Part shown: one piece after another, positions 1 to 9,861 of the stretch
Layout: every line of letters begins with the position of its first letter
Numbering within the stretch: position 1 is the stretch's first letter
NCBI GenBank assembly: GCA_964609475.1
Contig: CAZSRY010000002.1
Span: 1 to 37,015, forward strand
Direction: 5' to 3'
Length of the DNA stretch: 37,015 bases
From: an uncultured Dehalococcoidia bacterium
Lineage (GTDB): Bacteria > Chloroflexota > Dehalococcoidia > DSTF01 > JALHUB01
The notes under the pieces: generated by a model
What the model was told of the DNA's origin: nothing
Databases searched by the model: none
Seen by the model: the letters and a program-made list of their open reading frames with translations, nothing else
Made by a program: the position numbers and the translations under genes

Positions 1-90
1 GAGCTGGAGAAGCGCATGACCGCCGAGGGGCTGGACTGCTGGCGCATCGGCGAGGTTGTTGAAGGTTCAGGCGTGGGGGTGAAGCCATGA
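1..90 (+). CDS. 3' end of a CDS entering from upstream; the tail is vaguely AIR-synthase/PurM-superfamily-like
   Basis: Frame 1 is open from base 1 to TGA at 88-90 (ELEKRMTAEGLDCWRIGEVVEGSGVGVKP*). The stop overlaps the next start (ATGA at 87-90). Only 29 codons are visible, so the family guess is weak. Confidence 0.3.
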   Translation, partial: ELEKRMTAEGLDCWRIGEVVEGSGVGVKP

Positions 91-812
91 CACCGACCAA
101 GCGATGGCTCGTTCTTTGTCTGCCGCTGGTCGCCCTGGCCGTGCTGGGCCTGATACTGGCGGCCTGCGGCGGTGATGGGGAAGACGAGGAAACCGGCCCT
201 CTGCCCTCGGTGGAGGAGATCCTGACCAAGGCCGTGGAGGGCGTCGACAAGATGACGACCTTCCACTTCCGCCTGGAGCACGAGAACGGCGCCTCGCGCA
301 TCCCCATGGACCTGGATCTAACCACCGCTGAAGGCGATGTGATCGTCCCCGACCGCATGTGGGCCAAGCTGGAGGCCAAGGCGGGCACACAGTCGGTGAG
401 GGTCGAGGTCATCGGCGTTGGTGACGATGGCTGGATAACGAACCCCTTCAACCGCGAGTGGCAGCCGCTGCCCTCCGGCACCACCATCACGGACATCTTT
501 GACCCGACCCAGGGGATCGAAGCTGTGGTAAATGCCCTCGAAGACGCGCAGGTGACTGCCCAGGAGAAGGTGGGCGGCGTCGACACCTACCGTCTGGAGG
601 GGACTATCGACTCGGAGATGCTGGAGGGGGCGGCGCCCATCGCCGAGCCCGGCCTCACCGTCGGCGTCAAGGTCTGGATCGGAAAGGAGGACTCCCTCAT
701 CCGGCGCATCCGCCTGGAGGGGCCCATCGCCCCCGACGAGCCGGAGGATATCGTCCGCAACCTTGACCTATCTAAGTTCGATGAGCCGGTCACCATCGAG
801 CCCCCCGCCTGA
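87..812 (+). CDS. LppX/LprAFG-family (LprG-like) lipoprotein
   Basis: The signal peptide has a lipobox (LILAAC|GG). The body matches my memory of LprG, for example IFDPTQGIEAVVNALEDAQ, VKVWIGKED and LSKFDEPVTIEPP versus mycobacterial IYDPAQVL..LANF.DAK, VWIQE and LSKWGEKVQV. It overlaps the downstream MFS gene by 1 nt (TGATG). Confidence 0.8.
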   Translation: MTPTKRWLVLCLPLVALAVLGLILAACGGDGEDEETGPLPSVEEILTKAVEGVDKMTTFHFRLEHENGASRIPMDLDLTTAEGDVIVPDRMWAKLEAKAGTQSVRVEVIGVGDDGWITNPFNREWQPLPSGTTITDIFDPTQGIEAVVNALEDAQVTAQEKVGGVDTYRLEGTIDSEMLEGAAPIAEPGLTVGVKVWIGKEDSLIRRIRLEGPIAPDEPEDIVRNLDLSKFDEPVTIEPPA

Positions 813-2317
813 TGTCCTCTAAGAAAGAGAACCCCGTGGCAACAGAGCAGGCGGCCGTCCCCAGACCGAGGACTCGGTCGGCGAAGTGGCTGCTGATTGC
901 GGTGGGCTTCGCCGTCTTCCTCGGTGCCCTCGACCAGACAGTCGTCGTCACCCTCTTGAAGCCCATAATGGACGGCGTCAACGTCCCTGTCGACGAGTTC
1001 TACAACGCCGCCTGGATCGTCAACGGCTACATCCTGGGCTACGTAATAGCCATGCCCCTCATGGGCCGCGTCGCCGACGTGTACGGGCGCGGCCGCATCT
1101 TTCTGCTAGCCATGGCTATCTTCCTCGTCGGCTCCCTCTGGGTGTCGGCCTGTCACAGCCTGAACATGCTGATCGTTGCCCGCGCCGTGCAGGCTGTAGG
1201 CGGCGGCGCCATGGTGCCTGTCTCCATGGCCATCGTCGCCGATCACGTGCCCCCGGAGCGGCGGGCGCTCGCCCTCGGCTTCCTGGGAGCAGCCGCCGAG
1301 GGAGGGGGACTCCTCGGCCCTCTGTGGGGTGGAAGCTGGGTTCAGCTACTCGGCTGGCGCGGCCATTTCTGGATAAACGTGCCTCTCTGCATCCCCGTGA
1401 TGTTAGTTGTCCTGTCCACCTACCGCGACAAGGGGGGCGTCAAGATGCCCGTCGACTATCTGGGCGGCCTCCTTCTCGCCGGCGGCCTGACCTCCCTCGC
1501 CGTCGCCCTCACCGATGACCCGGTGGCCGCGCGGCCGGTCGCCGTGAACGCCGGGCTATACCTCCTGGCTGCCGCCTTCGCCGCCGCCTTCATCTGGCGT
1601 GAGTACCTGACCCAAGTGCCGATGATGGAGCTCTCCCTGTTCCGCTCCCTGCCCTTCAGCGCCGGCAACCTGACCCACATGATGATGGGTGGTGGCCTCA
1701 TCGTCGCCATGGTCTCGATCCCCGTCTTCACCATCGCCATCCAGGGGCACTCCTACTTCATGGGCGGCCTCAACCTCATGCGCCTCACGGTGATGCTACC
1801 GATAGGCGCCATTCTGGGGGGATACCTGGCGAGCTGGCTGGGCTATCACCGCACCACCGCCCTGGGCATGGCGACCAGCGCCGTCGGCTTCTTCCTCATG
1901 CGGTTCTGGGGAGCGGACATCGGCGACCCCCAGTTCACCCTGAACCTCATGCTGACGGGCTTGGGGTTCGGCCTCGTCATCGCCCCCATCAGCGCCGCCG
2001 TCGTCAACGCCGTCGCCGACCACCAGCGGGCCACCGCCTCCGCCCTGCTCACCGTCATGCGACTCGTCGGCATGCTGATCGGCGTGGCGCTGCTCACATC
2101 GAGGGGCCTGGGACGGTTCTACGAGCGGGCGGGCACCATCGCCCTGGACGACCCGCGCTACAGGGAGTGGGTCACCGAGTTCGAGGTGAGCACCTTCAGC
2201 GAGACGTTCACCGGCGCCGCCATCGTTTGCCTGCTGGCCGTGATCCCCGCCCTGCTGATCGGCCGCGGCGTCGTGCGGCGCTTCAAGTGGACGGAGATCT
2301 GGCGCGCCCCCCACTAG
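812..2317 (+). CDS. MFS transporter, multi-TMS drug/lipid exporter type (P55/Rv1410c-like context)
   Basis: This is a 501-aa polytopic hydrophobic protein. It has an MFS motif-A-like loop (GRVADVYGRGRIF) and many predicted TM segments. It is translationally coupled to the LprG-like gene. Confidence 0.85.
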   Translation: MSSKKENPVATEQAAVPRPRTRSAKWLLIAVGFAVFLGALDQTVVVTLLKPIMDGVNVPVDEFYNAAWIVNGYILGYVIAMPLMGRVADVYGRGRIFLLAMAIFLVGSLWVSACHSLNMLIVARAVQAVGGGAMVPVSMAIVADHVPPERRALALGFLGAAAEGGGLLGPLWGGSWVQLLGWRGHFWINVPLCIPVMLVVLSTYRDKGGVKMPVDYLGGLLLAGGLTSLAVALTDDPVAARPVAVNAGLYLLAAAFAAAFIWREYLTQVPMMELSLFRSLPFSAGNLTHMMMGGGLIVAMVSIPVFTIAIQGHSYFMGGLNLMRLTVMLPIGAILGGYLASWLGYHRTTALGMATSAVGFFLMRFWGADIGDPQFTLNLMLTGLGFGLVIAPISAAVVNAVADHQRATASALLTVMRLVGMLIGVALLTSRGLGRFYERAGTIALDDPRYREWVTEFEVSTFSETFTGAAIVCLLAVIPALLIGRGVVRRFKWTEIWRAPH

Positions 2318-2356
2318 CTCTTACCGCTGTTCCTGAGTGGCCAAGGGGGAGTGCAG

Positions 2357-2376
2357 AGGGGGAGAATCCCCCTTTG
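2357..2376 (+). terminator. Candidate intrinsic terminator after the MFS gene
   Basis: AGGGGG-agaat-CCCCCT hairpin followed by TTG. The T-tract is short. It sits in the convergent gap between the MFS gene and htpX. Confidence 0.35.
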
Positions 2377-2434
2377 CCGGGGGTTTGGGGCCTGCCCGCC
2401 TTAGGCGGGGTGTCCCCCAAATCCAAACCTATCT

Positions 2435-2449
2435 GGGTGGGAGGGTGGG
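2435..2449 (+). other. Canonical G-quadruplex motif G3-T-G3-A-G3-T-G3
   Basis: The sequence reads gggtgggagggtggg exactly, inside a G-run-rich convergent intergenic region (2340-2460). Confidence 0.6.
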
Positions 2450-2478
2450 AAAGAACCACGTGGTCTGGATGCTGTCCC

Positions 2479-3396
2479 CTACATCGCCCGCAGGACCGCG
2501 ATACGCTCCTCCACCGGCGGGTGCGTCGAGAAGAGGTTGTTCAGGAAGCTCTTGTGCTCGTGCAGCGGGTTGTTGATGTACAGGTGCGCCGTCGCCTTGT
2601 TGGCCGCCTCCAGCGGGTCGGGGTCGGCAGCGATCTTCTCCAGCGCCCGCGCCAGCCCCTCCGGATAGCGCGTCAGCAGGGCCGCCGAGGAGTCCGCCAG
2701 GAACTCTCGCTGGCGGGAGATGGCGAACTTGATGAGCTGGGCGGCGATCGGCGCCAGGATCACCCCCAACAGCGCAATGGCGTAGATGACTAGCATCGCG
2801 TACCCGCCGCCGCGGCCGCGGTTGCTCGAACGTCCGCCCGCTCCCCAGATCGTGAGGCGCAGCATGAGGTCCGCCAGCAGAGCGATGAGCCCCACCAGCA
2901 CCACGACAATCGTCATGATCCGGATGTCGTAGTTGCCGATATGCGACAGCTCATGGGCGATGACCCCCTCCAGCTCCAGGCGGTCCAGCTTCTGGAGGAG
3001 GCCCCGCGTCACGCAGACCACGGCGTGGTCGGGGTCGCGGCCGGTGGCGAAGGCGTTCGGCGAGCCGTCCTCGATCACGTAGACCCTGGGCATGGGCAGC
3101 CCCGCGCCGATGCACAGGTTCTCCACCGTGCGGAACAGCTCCGGCTCCTCCGCCTTCGTCACCTCGTGCGCCTGGGAGATCGCCAGCGTAATGCGCGACG
3201 AGCTGTAGTAGCTGAAGAGGGCGAAGATGATCAGGGGAATGACGATGAACGGCGCGACGGGATAGGGCAGGCCGAGCACGATGCCGATGGCGACGGCGAA
3301 GCCGGCGATAAGCACGACGAACGCCAGCATCAGCAGCCAGGTGTTGCGCCTGTTCTGGCCGATGCGGTCGTAGACAAGGACTGGCTGGTCAACCAT
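2479..3396 (-). CDS. htpX: Zinc metalloprotease HtpX (peptidase M48)
   Basis: HELSHIGNYD provides the HEXXH motif. The N-terminal TM helices and overall layout are typical of HtpX. It lies 9 nt downstream of lemA on the same strand. Confidence 0.9.
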   Translation of the reverse strand: MVDQPVLVYDRIGQNRRNTWLLMLAFVVLIAGFAVAIGIVLGLPYPVAPFIVIPLIIFALFSYYSSSRITLAISQAHEVTKAEEPELFRTVENLCIGAGLPMPRVYVIEDGSPNAFATGRDPDHAVVCVTRGLLQKLDRLELEGVIAHELSHIGNYDIRIMTIVVVLVGLIALLADLMLRLTIWGAGGRSSNRGRGGGYAMLVIYAIALLGVILAPIAAQLIKFAISRQREFLADSSAALLTRYPEGLARALEKIAADPDPLEAANKATAHLYINNPLHEHKSFLNNLFSTHPPVEERIAVLRAM

Positions 3397-3405
3397 CTCG
3401 GCCCG

Positions 3406-3975
3406 TTAGCGCTCGAAGCTCACCTGCGGCGCCTCCCGCTCCCCCTCCTCCGCCTCGAAGAACTCGAAGCGCTGGAAGTTGAACATGTTGGCGATGAACA
3501 CGTTCGGGACCACCTGGATCTTGGTGTTGAAGTCCGTCACGTTGCGGTTATAGAACTGGCGCGCGTAGGCGATCTTCTCCTCGATGTCCGACAGCTCGCG
3601 CTGGAGGGCTATGAAGTTATCGCTCGCCCGCAGCTCAGGGTAGTTCTCGGCCACTGCGAATAGGGAGCGCAGGGCCTGCGTGAGCTGGTTGTTCGCCTCG
3701 GCGGACTGGGCCGGCCCCTCCGCCTTCTCCAGCATGGCGCGGGCGTTCGTCACGTTCTCGAACGTCTCCCGCTCGTGGGCGGCGTAGCCGCGGACGGTCT
3801 CCACCAGGTTGGGCACCAGGTCGGCGCGCCGCTTGAGCTGCACGTCGATGCCCGACCAGGCCTCGCGCGTCCTGACCCGCGACCTGATGAGCCCGTTGTA
3901 TATGCCCAGCACAAACAGGGCCAGCAGCACGACGACCGCCACTATCACGATAAGGACGATGATCCCTGCTCCCAC
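3406..3975 (-). CDS. lemA: LemA family membrane protein
   Basis: An N-terminal TM anchor is followed by the LemA consensus (YNGLIRSRVRTREAWSGIDVQLKRRADLVPNLVETVRGYAAHE). The start is GTG, with AAGGAGG 6 nt upstream. Confidence 0.9.
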   Translation of the reverse strand: MGAGIIVLIVIVAVVVLLALFVLGIYNGLIRSRVRTREAWSGIDVQLKRRADLVPNLVETVRGYAAHERETFENVTNARAMLEKAEGPAQSAEANNQLTQALRSLFAVAENYPELRASDNFIALQRELSDIEEKIAYARQFYNRNVTDFNTKIQVVPNVFIANMFNFQRFEFFEAEEGEREAPQVSFER

Positions 3976-4145
3976 GGCGCTACCTCCTTGCTGTCAAACG
4001 ATAACCCGGCCTGTCCATTGCGGCCAATTCTAGCAGAGAGGACCGGCCGTAACAATCAGCATTCCCCGGAAGAAGCCAGAGGGCCGACCCCACGGTCGAC
4101 CCCCTGCTTATTGTCCGTCTCACAGCCCTGCTAGGGGCCGCGATC

Positions 4146-5390
4146 CTAGTAGTTTTCGCGCTCCCAGGCTGCGGCGTACCCCATGCCGCTTCCCTGGCAG
4201 AGCGTGGTCAGGGCCCACTGGCCGCCGCTCTCCCGCAGTTGGTAGCCGGCCGTCATGATCAGGCGGGCGCCGGTCGCCCCCAGCGGGTGGCCGATACCGA
4301 TGGCGCCGCCCCAGGGGTTGACCCGCTCCTTGACCTTGTCGCTCACCTTCAGCTCGCGCATCCAGTAGGTCACCACGCAGGCGAAGGCCTCGTTGACCTC
4401 GATCACGTCGAAGTTCTCCAGGCTCATGCCGGTTCGCTTCAACAGCTTCTCGGTAGCCCACCTCGGCCCGACGCCCATGACATCGGGGTCGACCCCGATC
4501 GTCGCCGAGTGACGGTAGGTCAGCAGCGGCTTCCAGCCCCTCTCCTTGGCGATCTCCTTCGTCGTTATCAGGCAGAGAGTACCGCCGTCGTTGCGGGGGC
4601 ACGAGTTGCCGGCGGTCACGAATCCGTCCTCTTTCAGGATTGGACGGAGCTCGCTCATCGCCTCCAGGGTGGTGCCGCGGCGGAACCCCTGGTCATTCTC
4701 AATAGTCTCGCTACTGCCATCCTTGTACTTGATGGTGACGGGCATGATCTCGCTCTTGAACTTGCCCGCGTCCAGGGCCGCCACCCCCTTCTGCTGGCTC
4801 CAGAGGGCGAACTCGTCCGCCTCCTGTCGGGTGACGTTGAACCGCTCATGCAGGTTCTCGGCAGTCCAGAGCATGTTCAGTATCATCGGGTTCTTGATGG
4901 CGAACCACCAGGGCAGCAGCTCCGCGTCCTTCCAGTCCTCAGGGTAGGGTGTATCCGACTGCGGGGGCATTATGCTGGGCCTTTGCGGGCCCCCTCCCGC
5001 CATCTCCTCCGGCGTCACCACGCCCATGCGGTCCATCGTCTCTATGCCGCCCGCGAGGACAATGTCGGCCGACCCGCAGGCGACGGCCTGGCAGCCCTCC
5101 ACCACCGTCTGCAGGGCGCTGGCGCACTGGGTGTTGACGTCGGTGCCCCAGATGCTCTCCGGGAGGCCCGCCTCGTACAGGTAGTGACGCCCCTTGGTGA
5201 TCGGGTTGGCCAGCAGCACCGAGCCCATGTGCGACTCATCGACGTCCTTGGGATCCAGGTTGTTGCGTTCCAGGAGGTACTTGTACAACGGCACCATCAG
5301 GTCGACGTGGGTGATCGCTCGGAACATGCCCCTCCTGCCGGCGCGGCCGAATGCTGTGCGTGCTCCGTCAGCAATTACTGCTTCTCTCAT
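4146..5390 (-). CDS. Acetyl-CoA C-acyltransferase (degradative thiolase, FadA-like)
   Basis: NTQCASAL carries the nucleophile Cys. NEAFACV, GGAIGIGHPLGATGARL and CQGSGMG (second Cys) are also present. AAGGAGGA lies upstream of the ATG. Confidence 0.9.
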   Translation of the reverse strand: MREAVIADGARTAFGRAGRRGMFRAITHVDLMVPLYKYLLERNNLDPKDVDESHMGSVLLANPITKGRHYLYEAGLPESIWGTDVNTQCASALQTVVEGCQAVACGSADIVLAGGIETMDRMGVVTPEEMAGGGPQRPSIMPPQSDTPYPEDWKDAELLPWWFAIKNPMILNMLWTAENLHERFNVTRQEADEFALWSQQKGVAALDAGKFKSEIMPVTIKYKDGSSETIENDQGFRRGTTLEAMSELRPILKEDGFVTAGNSCPRNDGGTLCLITTKEIAKERGWKPLLTYRHSATIGVDPDVMGVGPRWATEKLLKRTGMSLENFDVIEVNEAFACVVTYWMRELKVSDKVKERVNPWGGAIGIGHPLGATGARLIMTAGYQLRESGGQWALTTLCQGSGMGYAAAWERENY

Positions 5391-5412
5391 AGCTTATGCT
5401 TCCTCCTTGCAG

Positions 5413-5438
5413 TTTGTTACAGATATTTGTTACAGATA
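5413..5438. promoter_or_regulatory. Perfect tandem direct repeat 2 x 13 bp (TTTGTTACAGATA) in the thiolase 5' leader; candidate operator
   Basis: Repeat copies lie at 5413-5425 and 5426-5438. They sit between the -35/-10-like hexamers (TTGACA as the reverse complement of 5502-5507; TTGACC as the reverse complement of 5474-5479) and the thiolase SD (5401-5408). The whole region is an AT-rich island in GC-rich DNA. Confidence 0.5.
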
Positions 5439-5496
5439 CAGGATCACCCTCAGGATACGGGCCTCCCTGTTATGGGTCAATACTTTGTTCCGTTTT

Positions 5497-5850
5497 TCAC
5501 GTTGTCAATTCTGAGAGTACGTACGTTGTATCCAGGCTTGGGTAGCCTATCTGGCGTGCCAGCTCTTCCACCGGATAGCGCTGTCCCAGAGACCATAGCT
5601 CCGTCAGTCGCTTGCCACCCTGATCATGAATGAGGCGGGGGTCATCGCGCCCACCCTTTGCCAGAGCGGCGACCGTATCCGCCGAGAAGAGCAGGGCGTG
5701 CCTTTCGAAGATGGGGGCCAGCGACAACTCTTCCTTCAGGCCGGAGCTGTTCAGATAGTACTCACGCTCCAGGGCGCGGCAGAACGCCTCGGCCTCGGCA
5801 TCGAGGCGGTTCAGGAGGGGTTCCTTCGCCGCTGCGCGTCGTGAGGGCAA
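5497..5850 (-). CDS. Hypothetical protein, about 117 aa (TTG start)
   Basis: The tracked ORF (5497-6015) overlaps the end of the ROK gene. A TTG at 5850 is preceded by AAGGAG (5860-5855), directly after the ROK stop codon (5863-5861). Codon usage looks genuine. I did not recognise a domain. Confidence 0.5.
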   Translation of the reverse strand: MPSRRAAAKEPLLNRLDAEAEAFCRALEREYYLNSSGLKEELSLAPIFERHALLFSADTVAALAKGGRDDPRLIHDQGGKRLTELWSLGQRYPVEELARQIGYPSLDTTYVLSELTT

Positions 5851-5860
5851 TGGGCTCCTT

Positions 5861-6847
5861 CTAGCGCGGGCCCAGGGCCTCGATAGCGATCGTCGCTGCC
5901 CCCAGTGCCGGCGCCTCATCGCCCAGCCCCCCTTCGACGATGCACACGTCGTCACAGGACTGGGTGAAGCACTGGCTTTCTGCCGTCTGCCGCATCGGCG
6001 CCAGATACAGGTCACCCATCTTCACCAGGCTGCCTCCGAGGACGATCACCTGGGGGTTGAAGATGTTGATGAGGCTGGCGATCCCCACGCCCAGGTGGTG
6101 TCCCGCCCTGGCGATGAGCTCCCGCGCCGCCTCATCGCCCTCATCAGCCGCCCGGTGGATCGCTTCGGCGGTGAGCGGAGGGTCCTCCGCCGCCAGCCTG
6201 GCAAGCCGAGAGTCGGGCTCCTTGGCCGCCAGCTCCCGCCCCTGCCTGGCGATGGCCAGCCCCGAGCTGTATGTCTCCAGGCAGCCGCGTCGCCCGCAGG
6301 TGCAGGGAGGGCCGTCTTCGTTGATGATCATGTGCCCCATCTCTCCCGCCGCCCCCGACGTCCCCCGGTATAGAGACCCATCGATGATGATCCCGCCGCC
6401 GATACCGCTGCTGACCGTGAGGAAGAGCATGTGTCGTGAGCCCCGACCGGCGCCCCAGCGATGCTCCGCCAGGGCAGCGGCGTTGGCGTCGTTCTCCAGG
6501 GTGCAGGGGACGCGGAACTCCTGCTGGAGCAGGGATGCCAGAGGAACGCTGTGCCAGCCGGGCAGGTTGGGAGGATCGGTGATGATGCCCCTGACGTAGT
6601 CGACGGGACCGGGGCCGGAGACGCCGATCGCCGCCAGTTGCTCCTGGCGAAGGTTCGCCTTACCGAGGCTCTCCCGCAGCGACGCCACCATACGGCCGAT
6701 CACCGCCTCGCGCCCTTCATCGCCCAGGCTCGGCCGGGTATCCTTCGCCAGCACCGATCCATCAGCCGTGATGACCAGGGACAGTATCTTGGTGGCGCCC
6801 AGGTCTACGCCGGCGGACGGAGGAGAGGCGTCCTTGTTCCTACTCAC
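5861..6847 (-). CDS. ROK-family glucokinase
   Basis: GVDLGATKI is the N-terminal ATPase motif. GIGGGIIIDG is present, as is the ROK zinc motif CTCGRRGCLETYSSG. Confidence 0.88.
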   Translation of the reverse strand: MSRNKDASPPSAGVDLGATKILSLVITADGSVLAKDTRPSLGDEGREAVIGRMVASLRESLGKANLRQEQLAAIGVSGPGPVDYVRGIITDPPNLPGWHSVPLASLLQQEFRVPCTLENDANAAALAEHRWGAGRGSRHMLFLTVSSGIGGGIIIDGSLYRGTSGAAGEMGHMIINEDGPPCTCGRRGCLETYSSGLAIARQGRELAAKEPDSRLARLAAEDPPLTAEAIHRAADEGDEAARELIARAGHHLGVGIASLINIFNPQVIVLGGSLVKMGDLYLAPMRQTAESQCFTQSCDDVCIVEGGLGDEAPALGAATIAIEALGPR

Positions 6848-6882
6848 GCTGAGACTCTACCCAAGATAGGCGGATGAGACAA

Positions 6883-6912
6883 GTGGGGCCGGGACTTGAC
6901 TCCCGACCCCAC
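6883..6912 (-). terminator. Candidate terminator hairpin downstream of groEL
   Basis: The arms are 12 bp with one mismatch (gtggggccggga / tcccgaccccac), the loop is 6 nt, and the minus-strand 3' flank reads TTGTCTC. The U-tract is weak. Confidence 0.35.
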
Positions 6913-6964
6913 GATTCTTGCGTTTGCGGCGGCCAGCCTGCGGGGGCTGGTTACCGTGCGGAGG

Positions 6965-8590
<1,626 letters not shown>

Positions 8591-8654
8591 TCACTCCTTG
8601 TGGCGGTATTCTCGTCCGCCCGCCTGCCGGCGGGCATCGTTATCGGGAGACATT

Positions 8655-8681
8655 TTAGCACTCTTTGGCCGAGAGTGCTAA
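8655..8681. promoter_or_regulatory. CIRCE operator (HrcA binding site)
   Basis: TTAGCACTC-N9-GAGTGCTAA matches the consensus perfectly. It lies 68 nt upstream of the groEL start. Confidence 0.92.
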
Positions 8682-8686
8682 TACTA

Positions 8687-8715
8687 TATTTAGCCGATCG
8701 GGCCAGATTGCGCAA
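8687..8715 (-). promoter_or_regulatory. Candidate sigma-70-type promoter of groEL
   Basis: On the minus strand, TTGCGC (8715-8710), a 17-nt spacer and TAAATA (8692-8687) lie immediately upstream of CIRCE. Confidence 0.5.
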
Positions 8716-8827
8716 GAATCTCTAGGACAATAGGAGCGAAAAGGAGGGTGATACCGGCCATCCGGCTGCGATTTGTCCAATAGACCTCAGGAAAGCTCTG
8801 TGTGGCTCGCGTATTCTCGCTGGAACG

Positions 8828-9640
8828 CTAGAGGACGACGGCCCGCGGCTGCCGACGGAACAGAGATGGGAAGCTGGCGCCGTTGACCTTCAGGATCGCG
8901 GCGTACTTGCGCGCGTTCTCCAGATGCCGCTCCTCCCCCGTGCGACGGTAGGCGTTGAAGTTGTCCAGCATCTTGTCGGCGATCAGGTTCATGTCGAAGC
9001 CGAGGACATAGCGCTGGCTCAGCTCGTTCAGGGCGTCCATATAGATCTCGAAGTACGTGGCCAGCTTGTTCAGCATCTCCTTCTGCTGGGTGACATCCGC
9101 CAGCTCGTGCTCGGACGCCAGCCGGTAGAAGGTCTTGCCCGTCGAGACGTAGTAGCCGCTGTCCACGAAGGGCACCTTCGTCCCCCGGCGACGGCCGCCT
9201 CGCCATCGTCTGAGGCACTGAGGGAAGACGCCGGTGACGAAGAGGGCGTTATCGGCGTACTTCCGGTAGGCCTCGAACAGATTCTGGAAGTGGACGGGCT
9301 TCTTCCACTCCTCCAGCAGATCGGATAGGTACACGGCGTAGCGCCTGTCTCCGCGCGCGATCGGGAACAGCTCCCGCGTGTACAGATGGCGGGTGAGCAG
9401 CTGGCCCAGGTGATCCACCACGTCGGCGTCGGTGCTGCGCCGTCCCACGTACAGTATCTTGATGACGAACAGGTCGAACAGGCTGCCGATCGGTACGTTC
9501 CTGATCTCGCCGATGTCGTCATAGAAGACGTTGATGAGCTCGTCCACCGCCCGCACGAAGGTGCCGTCGGCGGCGTTGGCCCCGTTGTTCTGGCGGATAA
9601 CCTCTTTCAGCTCCTGAACCCGTTCTGTCAGACCTGTCAT
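8828..9640 (-). CDS. Hypothetical protein, 270 aa, predicted soluble and mostly helical
   Basis: The ORF is clean, with an ATG start and a GGTGA SD 6 nt upstream. Amino-acid usage looks coding-like. I recognised no motif. Confidence 0.7.
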   Translation of the reverse strand: MTGLTERVQELKEVIRQNNGANAADGTFVRAVDELINVFYDDIGEIRNVPIGSLFDLFVIKILYVGRRSTDADVVDHLGQLLTRHLYTRELFPIARGDRRYAVYLSDLLEEWKKPVHFQNLFEAYRKYADNALFVTGVFPQCLRRWRGGRRRGTKVPFVDSGYYVSTGKTFYRLASEHELADVTQQKEMLNKLATYFEIYMDALNELSQRYVLGFDMNLIADKMLDNFNAYRRTGEERHLENARKYAAILKVNGASFPSLFRRQPRAVVL

Positions 9641-9861
9641 CGCCTTTCACCAGTTCGACTCTTCGGCTCCGGCCGGCAAACGTTCGCCCCCCGAGGAGCG
9701 ACGGATGCCTCAATACCAAGTAACGCATGGAATCGCGCGGCCGTTACTCGTCGATGCCTCAGCATCGAGATTCTCAGGCCGCTGCCCTCGTCAGAAGCAC
9801 GGTCGAGCTAGGCATGCCCCACCCGCTGAAGCCGCCTATCCATTGGCGACGACGGGCGCCT

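Noticed and set aside
2337-2576. A 79-aa plus-strand ORF in the MFS/htpX spacer.
   Set aside because: It runs through G-run and hairpin sequence and into the antisense of htpX. It has no SD, and its Gly/Arg/Pro-rich product is implausible.
4239-5633. A 464-aa plus-strand ORF.
   Set aside because: It lies antisense to the well-supported thiolase gene. The translation is Arg/Gly/His/Pro/Leu-rich with no motifs, which is typical of a GC-driven shadow ORF.
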